A stretch of DNA of 64,000 nucleotides from a virus (lineage: Duplodnaviria > Caudoviricetes). Each line of letters starts with the position of its first letter. Positions within the stretch are counted from its first letter, which is position 1. The notes beneath the pieces are model-generated. The model saw only the letters and a program-made list of their open reading frames with translations. It was not told the origin of the DNA and did no database searches. Shown here in pieces: positions 37,101 to 44,792 of this stretch. The stretch lies in the IMG/VR virus record IMGVR_UViG_3300024297_000001; one strand, written 5' to 3'. The translations under genes were made by a program, and so were the position numbers.

Positions 37101-39972
37101 TGATAGAGTAACGGGAACGTTCTTTATTACAACACTTGCTGAAACAGAAACGTTTGTAGGTACAGGCGGCAAATATAACTTTAAGTTAAAATGGCCAATG
37201 GATATTAAGAGCGACCAAGTAACAATTACAGTTGCTGGATCAGAAGTATTACAAAGCGGATACACAGTTTCAAACATTGACGACAGTGTAGGTAGAACAC
37301 ATGGACGTAAAATAGGACAAGTTACATTTACAAATCCTCCTGCAAATAACAGTGCAATATCAGTTTCGTATAGAAAAGATATTTCAATGTTAACTGCACA
37401 GGATAGAATTAACTTATTCTACAATCCAACTACAGGAATGTTAGCAAATGACCTTGGACAATTATTAGACGGTATTGACTACGGTGGAGTTCAAGTTAAG
37501 AGTTTTGACTTTGGCGGTGGTTCAGGTTGGAGTGCAGAAGGTTGGTTTACAGGTGCATATGATTCATATGATAATACATACGAAGATGAAGTAATACGTT
37601 TAGACGGAAGTACAATTAGTGTAACACTTTCTAAGCCATTAGAAAATGGTGTTGAATATAATGTTTACTTGAATGGCACAAGAATTGATGATCCAAACTT
37701 CCCAGGTAGTCCAACTAATCCAAATGCAAGATGTACTACACTTACTGGTGACGGTACAACAACAACTATATTCCTTGATAATGATGGATTAGATATTAAT
37801 GGTGCTAATAGTCCAAGCAATGGCGATGTCTTAATATTTAGAAAAAATACAAGTGACGGTTCTTTTGTTCCTGATCCAAGAGCATATGACACATTAGTTA
37901 CAGGCGGCGACTTGGCATACTCAAGTGCAACAGGTATTAATCCAGAAGATATTAATATTGACGGTGACGGATTTGTAACACAATTAACAAGTAAAGGTCC
38001 GGAAGAACAAGTTCCAGGACAGGTACTTGATACTCTTGATATGAAAATTTATGATAGAGTAGGAAGTGGTGCAAGTATTATAGAAAGCACATCATACATT
38101 GGTGATGGTGGAAAAACAGTATTCAAGTACAACGGTCAACCGCAAAGCAAAGATGCATTAATTGTTAAGATTAATAATATCATTCAATTACAATCTGCAT
38201 ACACAGTTGATTACAAAAACAAAACTATTACAATGACTGCACCGGCATTGAACGCAAGAGTAAACATTATTACAATGAGTGGTAACGGTGATAAGATTCT
38301 TGACTTAGATACATTTACAGGTGACGGATCAACAATACAGTTTGTTACAAATGTTGACTGGAGAGAAGACATTAATAGTATTGTAACTGTTAACGGAGAG
38401 AAACCTTCTTACGTATTAGAAACTACAGACAGTTCATACGATACTGCCAACAAAGCAGTAATTACATTTGGTGCGGCACCGGCGGCTGGGGCAGTAATTA
38501 ACTTCGGAATATATGCAAGTGAGGCTCAAACATTTAGTGAAATTAAAACAGACAACTTGGTTGCAGATGGAAGTAGTGCATCATACGAATTAAGTGTAAC
38601 ACCATTCAGTAGTTTACCTGCAAGTCATAATATAATTGTTAGGGTTGGTGACAACATTCTAAACGCAGGTTACAATGAATCATTTATAATTGACAATAGA
38701 GTAGAATATCAATTACGTAACTGGCAACAACCAGGAGGTACATTAGGTGCTGATGATATTATTGTATTACTAAATGGTAATCAATTAACATATACTTCGG
38801 ACTTTATTTTCCGTCCAGCAAACTCAAGTATTGAAATATTTGAGAACGTTGCAATCCCAGGTGCTAAACTTGATATATTTGTAACAACAGATGGTGAATA
38901 TACTGTTAGCGGTAACGTTATAACATTAGATACTGTTCCAGCAATAGATACTAAGATTAAAGTTACACACTTTAGTAAACATGACGTACAACAGATTGAT
39001 CGTAAGAACTTTGATATTGTTACAAGAACTACTATTGACTTTGAAAGTGCGGCAGACATTGAGTACAATCACTTACTTGCAGGATTAATTAGACTTGAAA
39101 GACAAACAGTTGATGCTGAATATGTATGGATTGTTGTAAACGGCAAGTTACAAACACCAAGTGTTGATTACAAAGTTACAGATGATCAGTTATTTGTAAG
39201 AATGGCTAACCCATTAAATGCAAATGATGTTGTTGAGATTATACAGTTTGCTGAAACAGGACCAACAGTTAGCAAGTTTGGTTGGAGAGTATTCAAAGAT
39301 ATGCTCAATAGAACAGTATATAAACGTCTTGGAGATAACAATAAATATAGACTAATACAAGATCTTAAGCCGTTTGATAAAGAAATTAAAGTAGATAACC
39401 CAGATAGTATGTTTATTCCAGATAAAACTACCAATACTCCAGGTGTTATTTTCCTTAATGGTGAACGTATTGAGTATATGGTTAAGGACGGAAACAGTTT
39501 AACACAGTTACGTAGAGGTACTTTTGGTACTGGTGTTAAAGATTTACACGAAACAGGTGCTGAGATCTTCGATCAAGGCTTCCAACAAACTGTTCCATAC
39601 CAGGATCAGACACTGGTAAACACATATATTGGTGATGGAAGTACAACAGATTACTTGTTAGATTGGACACCAAACAAGGGTGTTGATGAGTTTGAAGTAT
39701 TTGCAGGCGGAAAACGTCTGAGAAAACGTAGTATTGCTATGTTTGACCCAACAGTTGGTCAAGATAGTCCAGAAGGTGATATTACAGCACAAGCAGAATT
39801 TAGTGTTTCTGGTAACACATTAACATTAAATACAGCACCAGCGGACGGTGTTAGGGTAACAGTAATCAGAAAAGTTGGAAAAACTTGGAATGATAAAGGA
39901 AAAACATTAGGAAAGACAAAAAATGCAATAGCACAGTTCTTAAGAGCTGAAGAGGTTGACTTACCTAAATAA
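25120..39972 (+). CDS. Giant 4,950-aa baseplate/tail structural protein (gp7-position, multidomain adhesin-like)
   Basis: Uninterrupted 14.85-kb ORF coupled to the gp6 stop; N-terminal LPKYFRT..NKKFL..TLDQL; contains FG-x-S...G(A/I)P propeller-like repeats, W-x5-Y-x4-V-x-Y motifs and GDG-x-T-x-x-F repeats. Confidence 0.75.
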   Translation: MAYDNDQNDLPIGPGEDENRTSLSHLPKYFRTPANKKFLTSTLDQLTNPGEVEKLNSYYGRRDAKALTADDNYVADVTKQREDYQVEPAVVLKDDADNVDFYKDYNDYINQLRAFGNKTPDHSKINAQEYYAWQPHIDWDKFVNFREYYWLPAGPQVLPIFGQNKEIVSTFKVSLEENDDNVAYKFTPTGLTQNPTLKLYKGQTYIFEIDTPGHPIAFATNRAFTPGQAIITETVEGVLASGKFEAELYDTDGYDTGDYIVEPVEGGITGFKDGDNISTIYTDGVESATVYVEKGTLKFTVPLDAPDTLFYISQNDVNTSGLVTLYNILENTEIDVEKEILQKVTYTTRTDTDLSNGMLVEFLGDVTPAKYSEGYWYVEGVGESIQLINKSDLEITGAYSSNIFVPFDTENFDKLPFGQALNYPKEQDYITINRASIDGNQWSRHNRWFHKDTIERTALANGTEVEIDQLQRASRPIIEFNPGLRLYNFGSEKKANVDLIDDFTIDVFSTIEGSTGYNVDGVELTEGLRVLFTADPDIRVNGRIYKVKFITHNGVRQVALQEETDTEPLTDQTVLVTGGTVNSGKIYWYNGSKWIKAQDKTKANQKPKFNLYDITDVGFDTYTSNTFTGTDLFSYKQGTGANDTVLGFPLSYRNIENSGDIVFNFDLLTDSFNYQLNQTDYTVKTDSSTLRKYTGLNTYTNVSGWEKVDTDSKQKVIRQYIVSGQKNDFAVDVYDRSGDLNQLDVKVFVNNTRQTAWTLNRINGIAYVRFTTDLKNDDILILHCTSEADKNANGKYEFPINLQNNPLNENIADFTYGEVTDHVQSIISNATGFTGSFPGPSNLRNLGGLAKLGTKFVQHSGAIPLASYHITNKEYNIVKALRFARKEYAKFKRAVVDIADNLGVDGTAPFLADKVIEKWQSEKSKQTAFYWTDMIGSGANNKREFTVTDVGNKFYSLTTPFSLSTISANAVYVYHNGIQLLHGQDYTFTSEGFVQIANDYVLAVDDTVTIYEYESTDASYIPPTPTKLGLYPLHKPIKFTDNTYQEPRVLIKGHDGSVVKAYNDYRDDIILEIEKRIYNNVKVSYDSTIFDIDAFLGHPSRDTGFTREDSENVTITDFVEWLSIAGDPDYTDISFYDRADPFTWNYSKLADPDGLPLPGFWRGIYNRYLGTDTPHTTPWKVLGYIDQPTWWETVYGPAPYTAENLILWGDLEKGLVREPNKPIRYKTNYKRKDLTKYIPVNTQGNLISPYDSGYAQGLIVPETDNSFVFGDESPVETAWRRSSEWPFALLLAYLIHQPAKVMGVGFDRARIIRNPAGGIVYSENNKRLEPKNIVFPNTVEDTTRITTAGLVNYIFNYINADVTKLNKAYSESVKGLEVQLGFKVGGFTTKDKFRLLLDSRTPNNKGNVFIPDENYKIFLNTSSPIDTVSYSGVIVEKRPAGFVVKGYDKSKPYFDYFQHIERAADPVVNVGGVSENFLEWTPGERYVEGQIIRTGTSFYRVKTTGIFATITDDNFIKLAELPIEGGREGILRREFESTTSKLNYGTMLRTTQEVIDFLLGYEQYLIKQGFDFSAFNRELETIENWELSAREFLFWTTQNWSEGALLTLSPSAINLNFRREYAVVDNIFDNFYDYTLLKADGQKLKEEFTNTLRSSQNSFGLQLKNTADGIYFLKLPLVQKEHVCLLDNKTVFNDTIYNPAPGYRQARIKILGYRTTDWNGGLHIPGFTYDGVTVKDWQENKDYDIADVVQYKTFYYSAKYKIQGSTNFFEDDWYKLPAKPKSELVPNLDYKANQFADFYDLDTDNFDSEQQRMAQHLTGYQKRKYIENIINDDVSQYKFYQGYIQDKGTTNSLKKLFDALSNTENSSLEFFEEWAFKVGQYGANGGFEEIEYKLDEGKFRLSPQPFQLVQNIDPLATDLVYRYVPSDAYSKPADYNHAPFPTKYIPEDESYIKTAGYVAEADIDFKVTNYDDILALDPNTIDVGKYIWVAKKSQTWDVLRQTETPFKVSAIVNSDSSGMIEITTGKAPAFVKDDIISILGTGDTDRFYKVQRTSLNTIYATTSGEQKDLPEISAFITQLISVRVDDLNGVNTKITRDNVSNNERVWVDHDENNRWAVVENRNKYDLKQQTFSNSIEGILGTDTNNFGTSISANATNSIIPVGVPGETENGRVDIYFRASENLKAVQSQILDMPDGYMSSGENSFGQSTNISTDGKWLIVGIPYASNVKSFYKGDFNSASTYTQEDIVKYTNQYWKAKTTVEPQDPDLEYQTFDSHVQALVSTRENNAYSNLQFILRGNFSFPEELTDHVLIRAPKTQYSGTEVGDKLQLLWNDINTRYPSGIAPFNNDPLMTKAYFDGEHAIVQKIDDILLIDNTKAIPSVGETISSATAVAEVTYVHTTGDNRSLIYVKDANGLFETTGTLFVGDIEIGVFERAVQQDENYLGGWWQIAGPNASFTSTVTIETKPYLVIQDIIKTGVSRSIKYYENALRIQDNLTDQNPTITSYIETLSFLGDSGNVLSDKWVFRAPATLTSNLVVGNTFNFYFSEYATADNLIQDPGVISPELTHDYLNRTEHTINDIWNGWIEVNLTAFDDRGSPTPSDPDYNPNYGQPFIPVVGDTVQDNDTLATAEVAGVEKLFNTLRLWVKNVNGTWKFGSQNSDISSLSINGGSQGAGVVRLVGTINTRHLESDTAGPIIVVDRGTNLTVGSTRTLQGFEYWIYDSVEQSGIARDANPPSNTNNDWQRVYNITANNAGVASAFTRQGAYAIFERNTSNFYNLHNIYIMPDAQSSRHLGAKVEMVTHNDGTYTAYLLSKGNGTFNQPGRINVIKYDRINGWILGQDVDYKGDFSETVTYRQGEYVKYLGLIYQAQTNIIASAWNESNWTVVTEGLDLNGYLPNDTGFIIGDDSAIQNNNLYEFGTEYGISSDGEVLATIVKYGDAIDSSINTPKLAIYRKVLGHFLFSQVIDAYAADIGFGSSVTVSNDGRFVAVGAPKYSNQYVNQGTVFIYESINGTFEMVQHLTGPKGIANEKFGTVVKYGTDRLAVHSAGGDLTSITEFDGGITAFDNGTTLFNTSLIDTGEVFVYELLGNRYVYADKLEFADSKALYFGKTMFINGNHIYVGIPSYKRDDNNSRGTLLDYRSTPNTKLWEKIRSARPLVDLSRFKGISLYNKNTNQVTEYIDYIDPAQGKIAGTAETELSFKTTYDPCTYNIATDTTVVKDETMFNTTDNVGKLWWDIDAVRFLNPYSNTGNIFTTSNTMNEVFPGTEVEVYEWVESTLLPSEWDEEADTETALAQGISGKSKYGDNAYSTRRVYDEEAQKFTTFYYYWVRNKKTTPDAPGRTLSAADVQELIRDPSGAGLKFATMLDKNEWTLHNLQSSITGDDTVLKFAYWNINETDKNVHNQYKIITDGLATSLPKTDLELKWFDSLIGFDNQGRPVPDRQLTERDRYGILNDPRQSIFVNRIEALKQLVERTNSVLKENILIDDFDLSDFQSNDAIPTLASRRFDTEIDSDSELSFVPVGRLKQATINLTIQDGKILRADVIEQGYGYKTVPTTQITTNTGEGAVIELTMNNVGQIQTATVVKSGSNYAQTDTIRVRPFTVLTTIDASYANKWSLYEYVGGEQTWNRIKSQRYDVKPYWSYVDWYATGYNELTKADFVINETYELESLEDSFNSIVKINNVGSGGWLLLQKIDDQADVDYTINYRTIGRQNATIQLSKSLYDYSEDLIGYDSYGYDDSAFDIQPIDEMRIILTALRDKIFVDELAIEYNKLFFAQMRYILSEQKFVDWMFKTSFIKAKHNLGKLRKDITFNNDFLESYEEYVKEVKPYKSKIREYLSTYEGDEKSENMVTDFDLPPFYSDTAGRIVPQTVRVVNDEIVTSSNITSYPSKHWVDNASFQIKQVDVFDAGSGYENAPGVEFVGGGGTGAKATAYVGGGKITEIKIDNPGTGYVSAPTVVLNGAVADGGKTGRASAIIGNTNLRTTHMNVKFDRVTGTFFITTLAETETFVGTGGKYNFKLKWPMDIKSDQVTITVAGSEVLQSGYTVSNIDDSVGRTHGRKIGQVTFTNPPANNSAISVSYRKDISMLTAQDRINLFYNPTTGMLANDLGQLLDGIDYGGVQVKSFDFGGGSGWSAEGWFTGAYDSYDNTYEDEVIRLDGSTISVTLSKPLENGVEYNVYLNGTRIDDPNFPGSPTNPNARCTTLTGDGTTTTIFLDNDGLDINGANSPSNGDVLIFRKNTSDGSFVPDPRAYDTLVTGGDLAYSSATGINPEDINIDGDGFVTQLTSKGPEEQVPGQVLDTLDMKIYDRVGSGASIIESTSYIGDGGKTVFKYNGQPQSKDALIVKINNIIQLQSAYTVDYKNKTITMTAPALNARVNIITMSGNGDKILDLDTFTGDGSTIQFVTNVDWREDINSIVTVNGEKPSYVLETTDSSYDTANKAVITFGAAPAAGAVINFGIYASEAQTFSEIKTDNLVADGSSASYELSVTPFSSLPASHNIIVRVGDNILNAGYNESFIIDNRVEYQLRNWQQPGGTLGADDIIVLLNGNQLTYTSDFIFRPANSSIEIFENVAIPGAKLDIFVTTDGEYTVSGNVITLDTVPAIDTKIKVTHFSKHDVQQIDRKNFDIVTRTTIDFESAADIEYNHLLAGLIRLERQTVDAEYVWIVVNGKLQTPSVDYKVTDDQLFVRMANPLNANDVVEIIQFAETGPTVSKFGWRVFKDMLNRTVYKRLGDNNKYRLIQDLKPFDKEIKVDNPDSMFIPDKTTNTPGVIFLNGERIEYMVKDGNSLTQLRRGTFGTGVKDLHETGAEIFDQGFQQTVPYQDQTLVNTYIGDGSTTDYLLDWTPNKGVDEFEVFAGGKRLRKRSIAMFDPTVGQDSPEGDITAQAEFSVSGNTLTLNTAPADGVRVTVIRKVGKTWNDKGKTLGKTKNAIAQFLRAEEVDLPK

Positions 39973-39975
39973 ATA
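39966..39975 (+). promoter_or_regulatory. Tandem TAAATA late promoter
   Basis: TAAATAAATA overlapping the giant-gene stop; AGGA SD, ATG 39994. Confidence 0.5.
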
Positions 39976-39993
39976 CAAATGTAGGAAACATAA

Positions 39994-40608
39994 ATGACAG
40001 ATAACATATTAGACAAAAACGGAGTGTTAGTGCAAGGTCACATTAAGATCTTTAACCCCGAAACGGACGAAATTTTCATTGATAAACGCAATGCAATTCA
40101 CTATGAGAATATGAGTATTGCTTTGGCAGAATCCCTTGCAAACGCAGGACAGGGATTTGTGTACGAAATGGCGTTTGGAAATGGTGGTACAAGTGTTGAT
40201 CCTACAGGCATTATTACATACCTAACTCCAAATAGCACAGGTACAAACGCAAGTTTATACAACCAAACATATAAGAAGATTGTTGATGATCAAAGCGTAA
40301 ACAACGTTGATCCAAACAGAAACAAAATTGAAACAAGGCACGTTACTGGTACTAACTACACAGACATTATTGTACAGTGTTTGTTAGACTACGGTGAGCC
40401 AAGTGGACAAGAAGCAAATGACACAGCAACAGATACTGAAAACCAGTATGTGTTTGACGAATTAGGATTATTAAGTTACAGTCCAACAGGACAAGGTAGA
40501 TTATTAACTCACGTTGTATTCCACCCTGTACAAAAATCATTGAATAGATTAATTCAAATTGATTATACTGTTAGAGTACAAAGTTTAACTGGTTACAACG
40601 AGGGATAA
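39994..40608 (+). CDS. Baseplate/tail-fibre attachment protein (gp8-position)
   Basis: 204 aa; MAFGNGG, YVFDELGL, LLTHVVFHPVQKSLNR.IQIDYTVRV resemble fibre-anchoring baseplate subunits; position between wedge and fibre genes. Confidence 0.55.
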   Translation: MTDNILDKNGVLVQGHIKIFNPETDEIFIDKRNAIHYENMSIALAESLANAGQGFVYEMAFGNGGTSVDPTGIITYLTPNSTGTNASLYNQTYKKIVDDQSVNNVDPNRNKIETRHVTGTNYTDIIVQCLLDYGEPSGQEANDTATDTENQYVFDELGLLSYSPTGQGRLLTHVVFHPVQKSLNRLIQIDYTVRVQSLTGYNEG

Positions 40609-40611
40609 TAG

Positions 40612-42675
40612 ATGGCATATACTATTAACTATACCGACATTACTAATAAGGGTAGTATTGCTATCGAGGATAACACTACTGATACATCTACTTCATTACA
40701 GATTCCAGGTAGGTTTACAACAGATTACGGTGCGTTAATTGGTCAAAACTTTTTACAACTATTAGAAAACTTTAGTAATAGTTCAGCACCAGCAAGACCA
40801 GTTGAAGGTCAACTATGGTATGATACTTCCATAGGTATTAACATTCTTAAAATTTATGATGGTACTAACTGGATTGAAGCCGGCGGATTAAAACGTGGCG
40901 ACTCAGCACCAGACGTAGCAAATTCAGTTGCAGGTGACTTATGGACAGATACAGATAACCAACAGTTATATTTGTTTACAGGTTCAGGTTGGATCTTAGT
41001 AGGTCCAGAATTTAGTGATGGATTAGCGGCAGGTGTAAGACCAGCAACTATCACAGGTACTGACAATATTAATTACACAGCATTGAAAGTTGAGATTGGC
41101 GGTAAGGTTGTTGCAATTTATGCCACAAGTGCATTTACTCCAAAGGCAACCATTGCAGGCTTTTCAACAGTAAATCCAGGATTTAATTTAAGTTCAGCAG
41201 ATATTACAGGTGCAGGCGTAGGAAAATATTACGGTGTATCAGAGAAAGCAGAAAACTTAATTGTAGGTTCAACTACAGTAGCGGCATCAAACTTTTTAAG
41301 AGGTGATGTTGCAAGTATTTCAAATGCAAGTTTACAAATTAAAAATAACACAGGTGTTAGCATTGGTAGTGATGCTGTTGTTCAAATAGGTATTGAAGGA
41401 CAGAATGCTATTATTTCAAATAACACATCAGGTGCAAACATTGATTTAAGAGTTAACAATGCAGGAAACTTACAACCTGTATTAAGAATTGACTCAACAC
41501 AAAAAGTTGGTATTAACAACTTATCGCCAGCAGAAGCATTAGACGTAACAGGTAATGCTATTGTATCAAACAATCTTGTTATTAATGGTATTGCAGAAGC
41601 AGTTAACACTGGAACAGGTGCAATTACTACAACAGGTGGTATTGGTATTGCAAAGAGTGCGAGAATAGGAAACAGTTTAGAAGTAGGTGGTACAACTACA
41701 TTAGGTGATACAGTATTACCAGACACTTCAAACACAGTTAACATTGGTAGTTCAACATTAAAGTTTGCAGAAATTAATGCAAACACTGTAAAAGCAAACT
41801 TGGTAGGTAACGTAACTGGTACAGTTACAGGACGTTCAGGAAGTTCAGATAAACTTGCTTCAAGAACAACATTCCAAATTTCAGGTGATGTTACAGCACC
41901 GCCAGTTATTTTTGACGGACAATATAGTGCGCCAGGCGAAACTACACTTGTTAAAGAATTTGATATTAGTATCAACAGTACATTTATTACAAACAAAGAA
42001 TCAGTACCAACATCAAGATTTGATGACGAATTCCTTGTTAACAGAGTTAACGATGAAAACGGTAGTGGAACAGGTATTAAGAAACTTTCAAGAAGTAACT
42101 TGTTTAGTGCTTTACCAGTTAACCCAGTTGGACTTATTACACCATATGCAGGTAATGCCGCAACAGTGGCATTATTAAATGGTTGGTTGTTATGTGATGG
42201 TAGTGAAGTGTTTATTGTTGATTGGCCAGAACTTTATGATGTTATTGGTACATCATTCAAGGCTAATCCTGCATTAGGTAAATTTGCGTTACCAGACTTA
42301 CGTGGTAGATTCCCACTTGGTATGGATAACATGGGTACAACAGCAGGACCGGCAAACAGAGTTACAGATGAAAACGCTGATACGATTGGTGGAACAGCAG
42401 GTGTTGAGAAGAAACAAATTCAAGTTGACGAACTACCAGAACACGAACACGATATGCGTGGACCAAGTGGAACACAATATTACGCAACAAGAGATGTACA
42501 AGGTGCACCAGTAGATGCAGATGCTACAGTGGCAGACGCACCGCAAGGTACAGATGCAGGACAAAAGTTTCCATTCTCAGGTGGAGTGGTAAGCAACACA
42601 GCAGTTGGGCAAGACTTTAATGTAATGAACCCGTACTTGGCAATTAACTATCTAATTTATGCGGGGGCAAAATAA
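40612..42675 (+). CDS. Tail fibre/short tail fibre with tail-collar domain (gp10/gp12-like)
   Basis: C-terminal PVGLITPYAG...GWLLCDGSEV....PELYDVIG...FALPDLRGRFPLG and LPEHEHDM His motif. Confidence 0.85.
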   Translation: MAYTINYTDITNKGSIAIEDNTTDTSTSLQIPGRFTTDYGALIGQNFLQLLENFSNSSAPARPVEGQLWYDTSIGINILKIYDGTNWIEAGGLKRGDSAPDVANSVAGDLWTDTDNQQLYLFTGSGWILVGPEFSDGLAAGVRPATITGTDNINYTALKVEIGGKVVAIYATSAFTPKATIAGFSTVNPGFNLSSADITGAGVGKYYGVSEKAENLIVGSTTVAASNFLRGDVASISNASLQIKNNTGVSIGSDAVVQIGIEGQNAIISNNTSGANIDLRVNNAGNLQPVLRIDSTQKVGINNLSPAEALDVTGNAIVSNNLVINGIAEAVNTGTGAITTTGGIGIAKSARIGNSLEVGGTTTLGDTVLPDTSNTVNIGSSTLKFAEINANTVKANLVGNVTGTVTGRSGSSDKLASRTTFQISGDVTAPPVIFDGQYSAPGETTLVKEFDISINSTFITNKESVPTSRFDDEFLVNRVNDENGSGTGIKKLSRSNLFSALPVNPVGLITPYAGNAATVALLNGWLLCDGSEVFIVDWPELYDVIGTSFKANPALGKFALPDLRGRFPLGMDNMGTTAGPANRVTDENADTIGGTAGVEKKQIQVDELPEHEHDMRGPSGTQYYATRDVQGAPVDADATVADAPQGTDAGQKFPFSGGVVSNTAVGQDFNVMNPYLAINYLIYAGAK

Positions 42676-44759
42676 TGGCATATCAGATTAATAAAACAAA
42701 CGGCGACTTACTTGTAAATCTTGTAGACGGACAAGTAAACACACAAACAACTGATATTTCATTAATTGGTAGAAACTATTCAGGATTCGGTGAAAGCATT
42801 AACGAAAACTTCGTTAAGATGCTTGAGAACTTTACTAACACACAAGCACCAGCAACTCCGCTAACAGGACAGTTATGGTATGACAGTGGCGAAGCAAGAT
42901 TAAAATTATATGATGGCGCACAATTTAAAAGTGCAGGCGGTCCAATTGTAAGTCCTACACAACCACAAATGGTTACAGGTGATCTTTGGATTGACAATCA
43001 AAACAATAAATTATATTTTTACGATGGAACAGATTTAGTACTTGTTGGTCCTGACTTTTCATCATCAGAAGGAACTTCAGGTTTTACAACTGAAACAGTT
43101 TTAGATACAACGCAGTCAAACAGAACACTTGTTAACTTAAACGTTGGTGGACAAAAAGAAGCAATACTTTCAAATATTAGATTTACACCTAATTCAGCAA
43201 ATCCTATTACAGGAATTGTTGGAGCAGTTGAAAAAGGTATTAATGTAATTGATGATGACTTTAAGTTTCACGGAACAGCAACTTCGGCAGATACAATTAT
43301 TAACGCACAAGGCGTTAAGAAAAACGCATCACAGTTTATGCCTACAGATGCTAACGCAACTTCAAATGGTACTATCAGCACAATTAACAACGGTGGTATT
43401 ACAGTAGGACCAGAAGATAATATTAACATTGGTATTGTTGCAAATCAAACAATAATTGCAAACCAAGTTAGAGATAGAAACTTAGATATCCAAGTAAGAA
43501 AAGCAAGTGGTGCAACTTCAGCAATTAAAGTTGACACAGCAAATAGTTACTTAGGTATTTTCAAAGCATCACCTACAGCAACACTTGACGTTGGCGGTAG
43601 CGTAAAAATTGATGGCGACTTAACAGTTAGTGGTAACACTTTTAGTACAGACGTTGATAACTTAAGAATTAAAGATAAAAATATTGAACTTGCTATTACA
43701 AGTGATAGTACAGTATTACCAGATGCAGATGTTAATGACGCAGGTATTATTGTTAAAGCAAATCCAGACGATAAAGAATTTATTTGGAAACTGGCAACAA
43801 ACGCATTTACATCAAACGTATTCTTTGATTCAACAGCAGGTTATAAGATTAACGGCAACACAGTTATATCAGGTACAACATTAGGAACAATTACAAGTGC
43901 TCCACAAATGCAAACACTTGGTACACTTACAGCATTAGGTGTTGACAACGTTGAAGTTGATGGACAGAAAGTTTCATCAAACGTAGGTAACTTGCAACTT
44001 GAAGCCGCAACAGGCGTAATTGAAATACTTAACACTAATAAGATTTCAGGATTAGGCGAACCAGTTGCAGGATCAGATGCGGCAACTAAAAATTATGTAG
44101 ATACTGCTATTGACGGCGAAGGCGTTGCAATGGCACTTGATATCACAGGCATGGGTTACAATCCAGGTGCAGGAGGCGGAGCGCCTTTTGGTGCTAAACT
44201 TGTTACACTGCTTGAGGAGATTGTTCCATCAAGTACAAAAGTAAACGGAACACAAGCAAAAATTCATGCAACTGACCAAACATCAGCAAGTGCTACATTG
44301 ACAGCAAGTGCGTTGAATACAGGGTTAGATGAAACTACAGTAGCAGTTGATAAAACAGTTACAGTAGCAACAAGAACAGTTGCGTCTATTACTAAAGGTA
44401 CATTAACTATCTTAACATTAGATGCAGTTCATGGATATGATGCAGGCCGTAATGTAACAATTTCGGGTGCATTAGGAGTTACAGCAATTAATGGTACATA
44501 CGCTATTAATAGGATTGTAAGTTCAACAGAAATAGAGATAAACTTAGATACAAGCAGTGAAGTTGGTACATATACAGCGGATAGTGCGAGTGTATCGAGG
44601 GTAACAGAAACAGGGCAGGAAAACGAGACCGTACTAAAAGATGTACAGTTTAGTGACGTAACAGGATCGGTTTCACTAACAGTTAACAGATACGTATTAA
44701 CATGTACTGTAACTGCTGGTGCCTGGGTTTATACCAGCGGAGTAAGTTCGACGGTATAA
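42675..44759 (+). CDS. Tail fibre protein (paralog 2)
   Basis: Shares the N-terminal module MAYQINKTNG...GRNYSGFGE..NENFVKMLENF...GQLWYD; has a GSDAATKNYVD fibre motif. Confidence 0.75.
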   Translation: MAYQINKTNGDLLVNLVDGQVNTQTTDISLIGRNYSGFGESINENFVKMLENFTNTQAPATPLTGQLWYDSGEARLKLYDGAQFKSAGGPIVSPTQPQMVTGDLWIDNQNNKLYFYDGTDLVLVGPDFSSSEGTSGFTTETVLDTTQSNRTLVNLNVGGQKEAILSNIRFTPNSANPITGIVGAVEKGINVIDDDFKFHGTATSADTIINAQGVKKNASQFMPTDANATSNGTISTINNGGITVGPEDNINIGIVANQTIIANQVRDRNLDIQVRKASGATSAIKVDTANSYLGIFKASPTATLDVGGSVKIDGDLTVSGNTFSTDVDNLRIKDKNIELAITSDSTVLPDADVNDAGIIVKANPDDKEFIWKLATNAFTSNVFFDSTAGYKINGNTVISGTTLGTITSAPQMQTLGTLTALGVDNVEVDGQKVSSNVGNLQLEAATGVIEILNTNKISGLGEPVAGSDAATKNYVDTAIDGEGVAMALDITGMGYNPGAGGGAPFGAKLVTLLEEIVPSSTKVNGTQAKIHATDQTSASATLTASALNTGLDETTVAVDKTVTVATRTVASITKGTLTILTLDAVHGYDAGRNVTISGALGVTAINGTYAINRIVSSTEIEINLDTSSEVGTYTADSASVSRVTETGQENETVLKDVQFSDVTGSVSLTVNRYVLTCTVTAGAWVYTSGVSSTV

Positions 44760-44762
44760 CGA

Positions 44763-44768
44763 TAAATA
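44763..44768 (+). promoter_or_regulatory. Late promoter TAAATA
   Basis: In the 33-bp gap before ATG 44793. Confidence 0.5.
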
Positions 44769-44792
44769 CTAACAATGAAGGGGTAATATACT

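Noticed and set aside
39979-44786. Mini-ORFs ATG-TAG (39979) and ATG-AAG-GGG-TAA (44775) just after late boxes
   Set aside because: Spacing differs from the N5 pattern (3 and 6 nt), and such short ORFs are expected by chance in AT-rich spacers.
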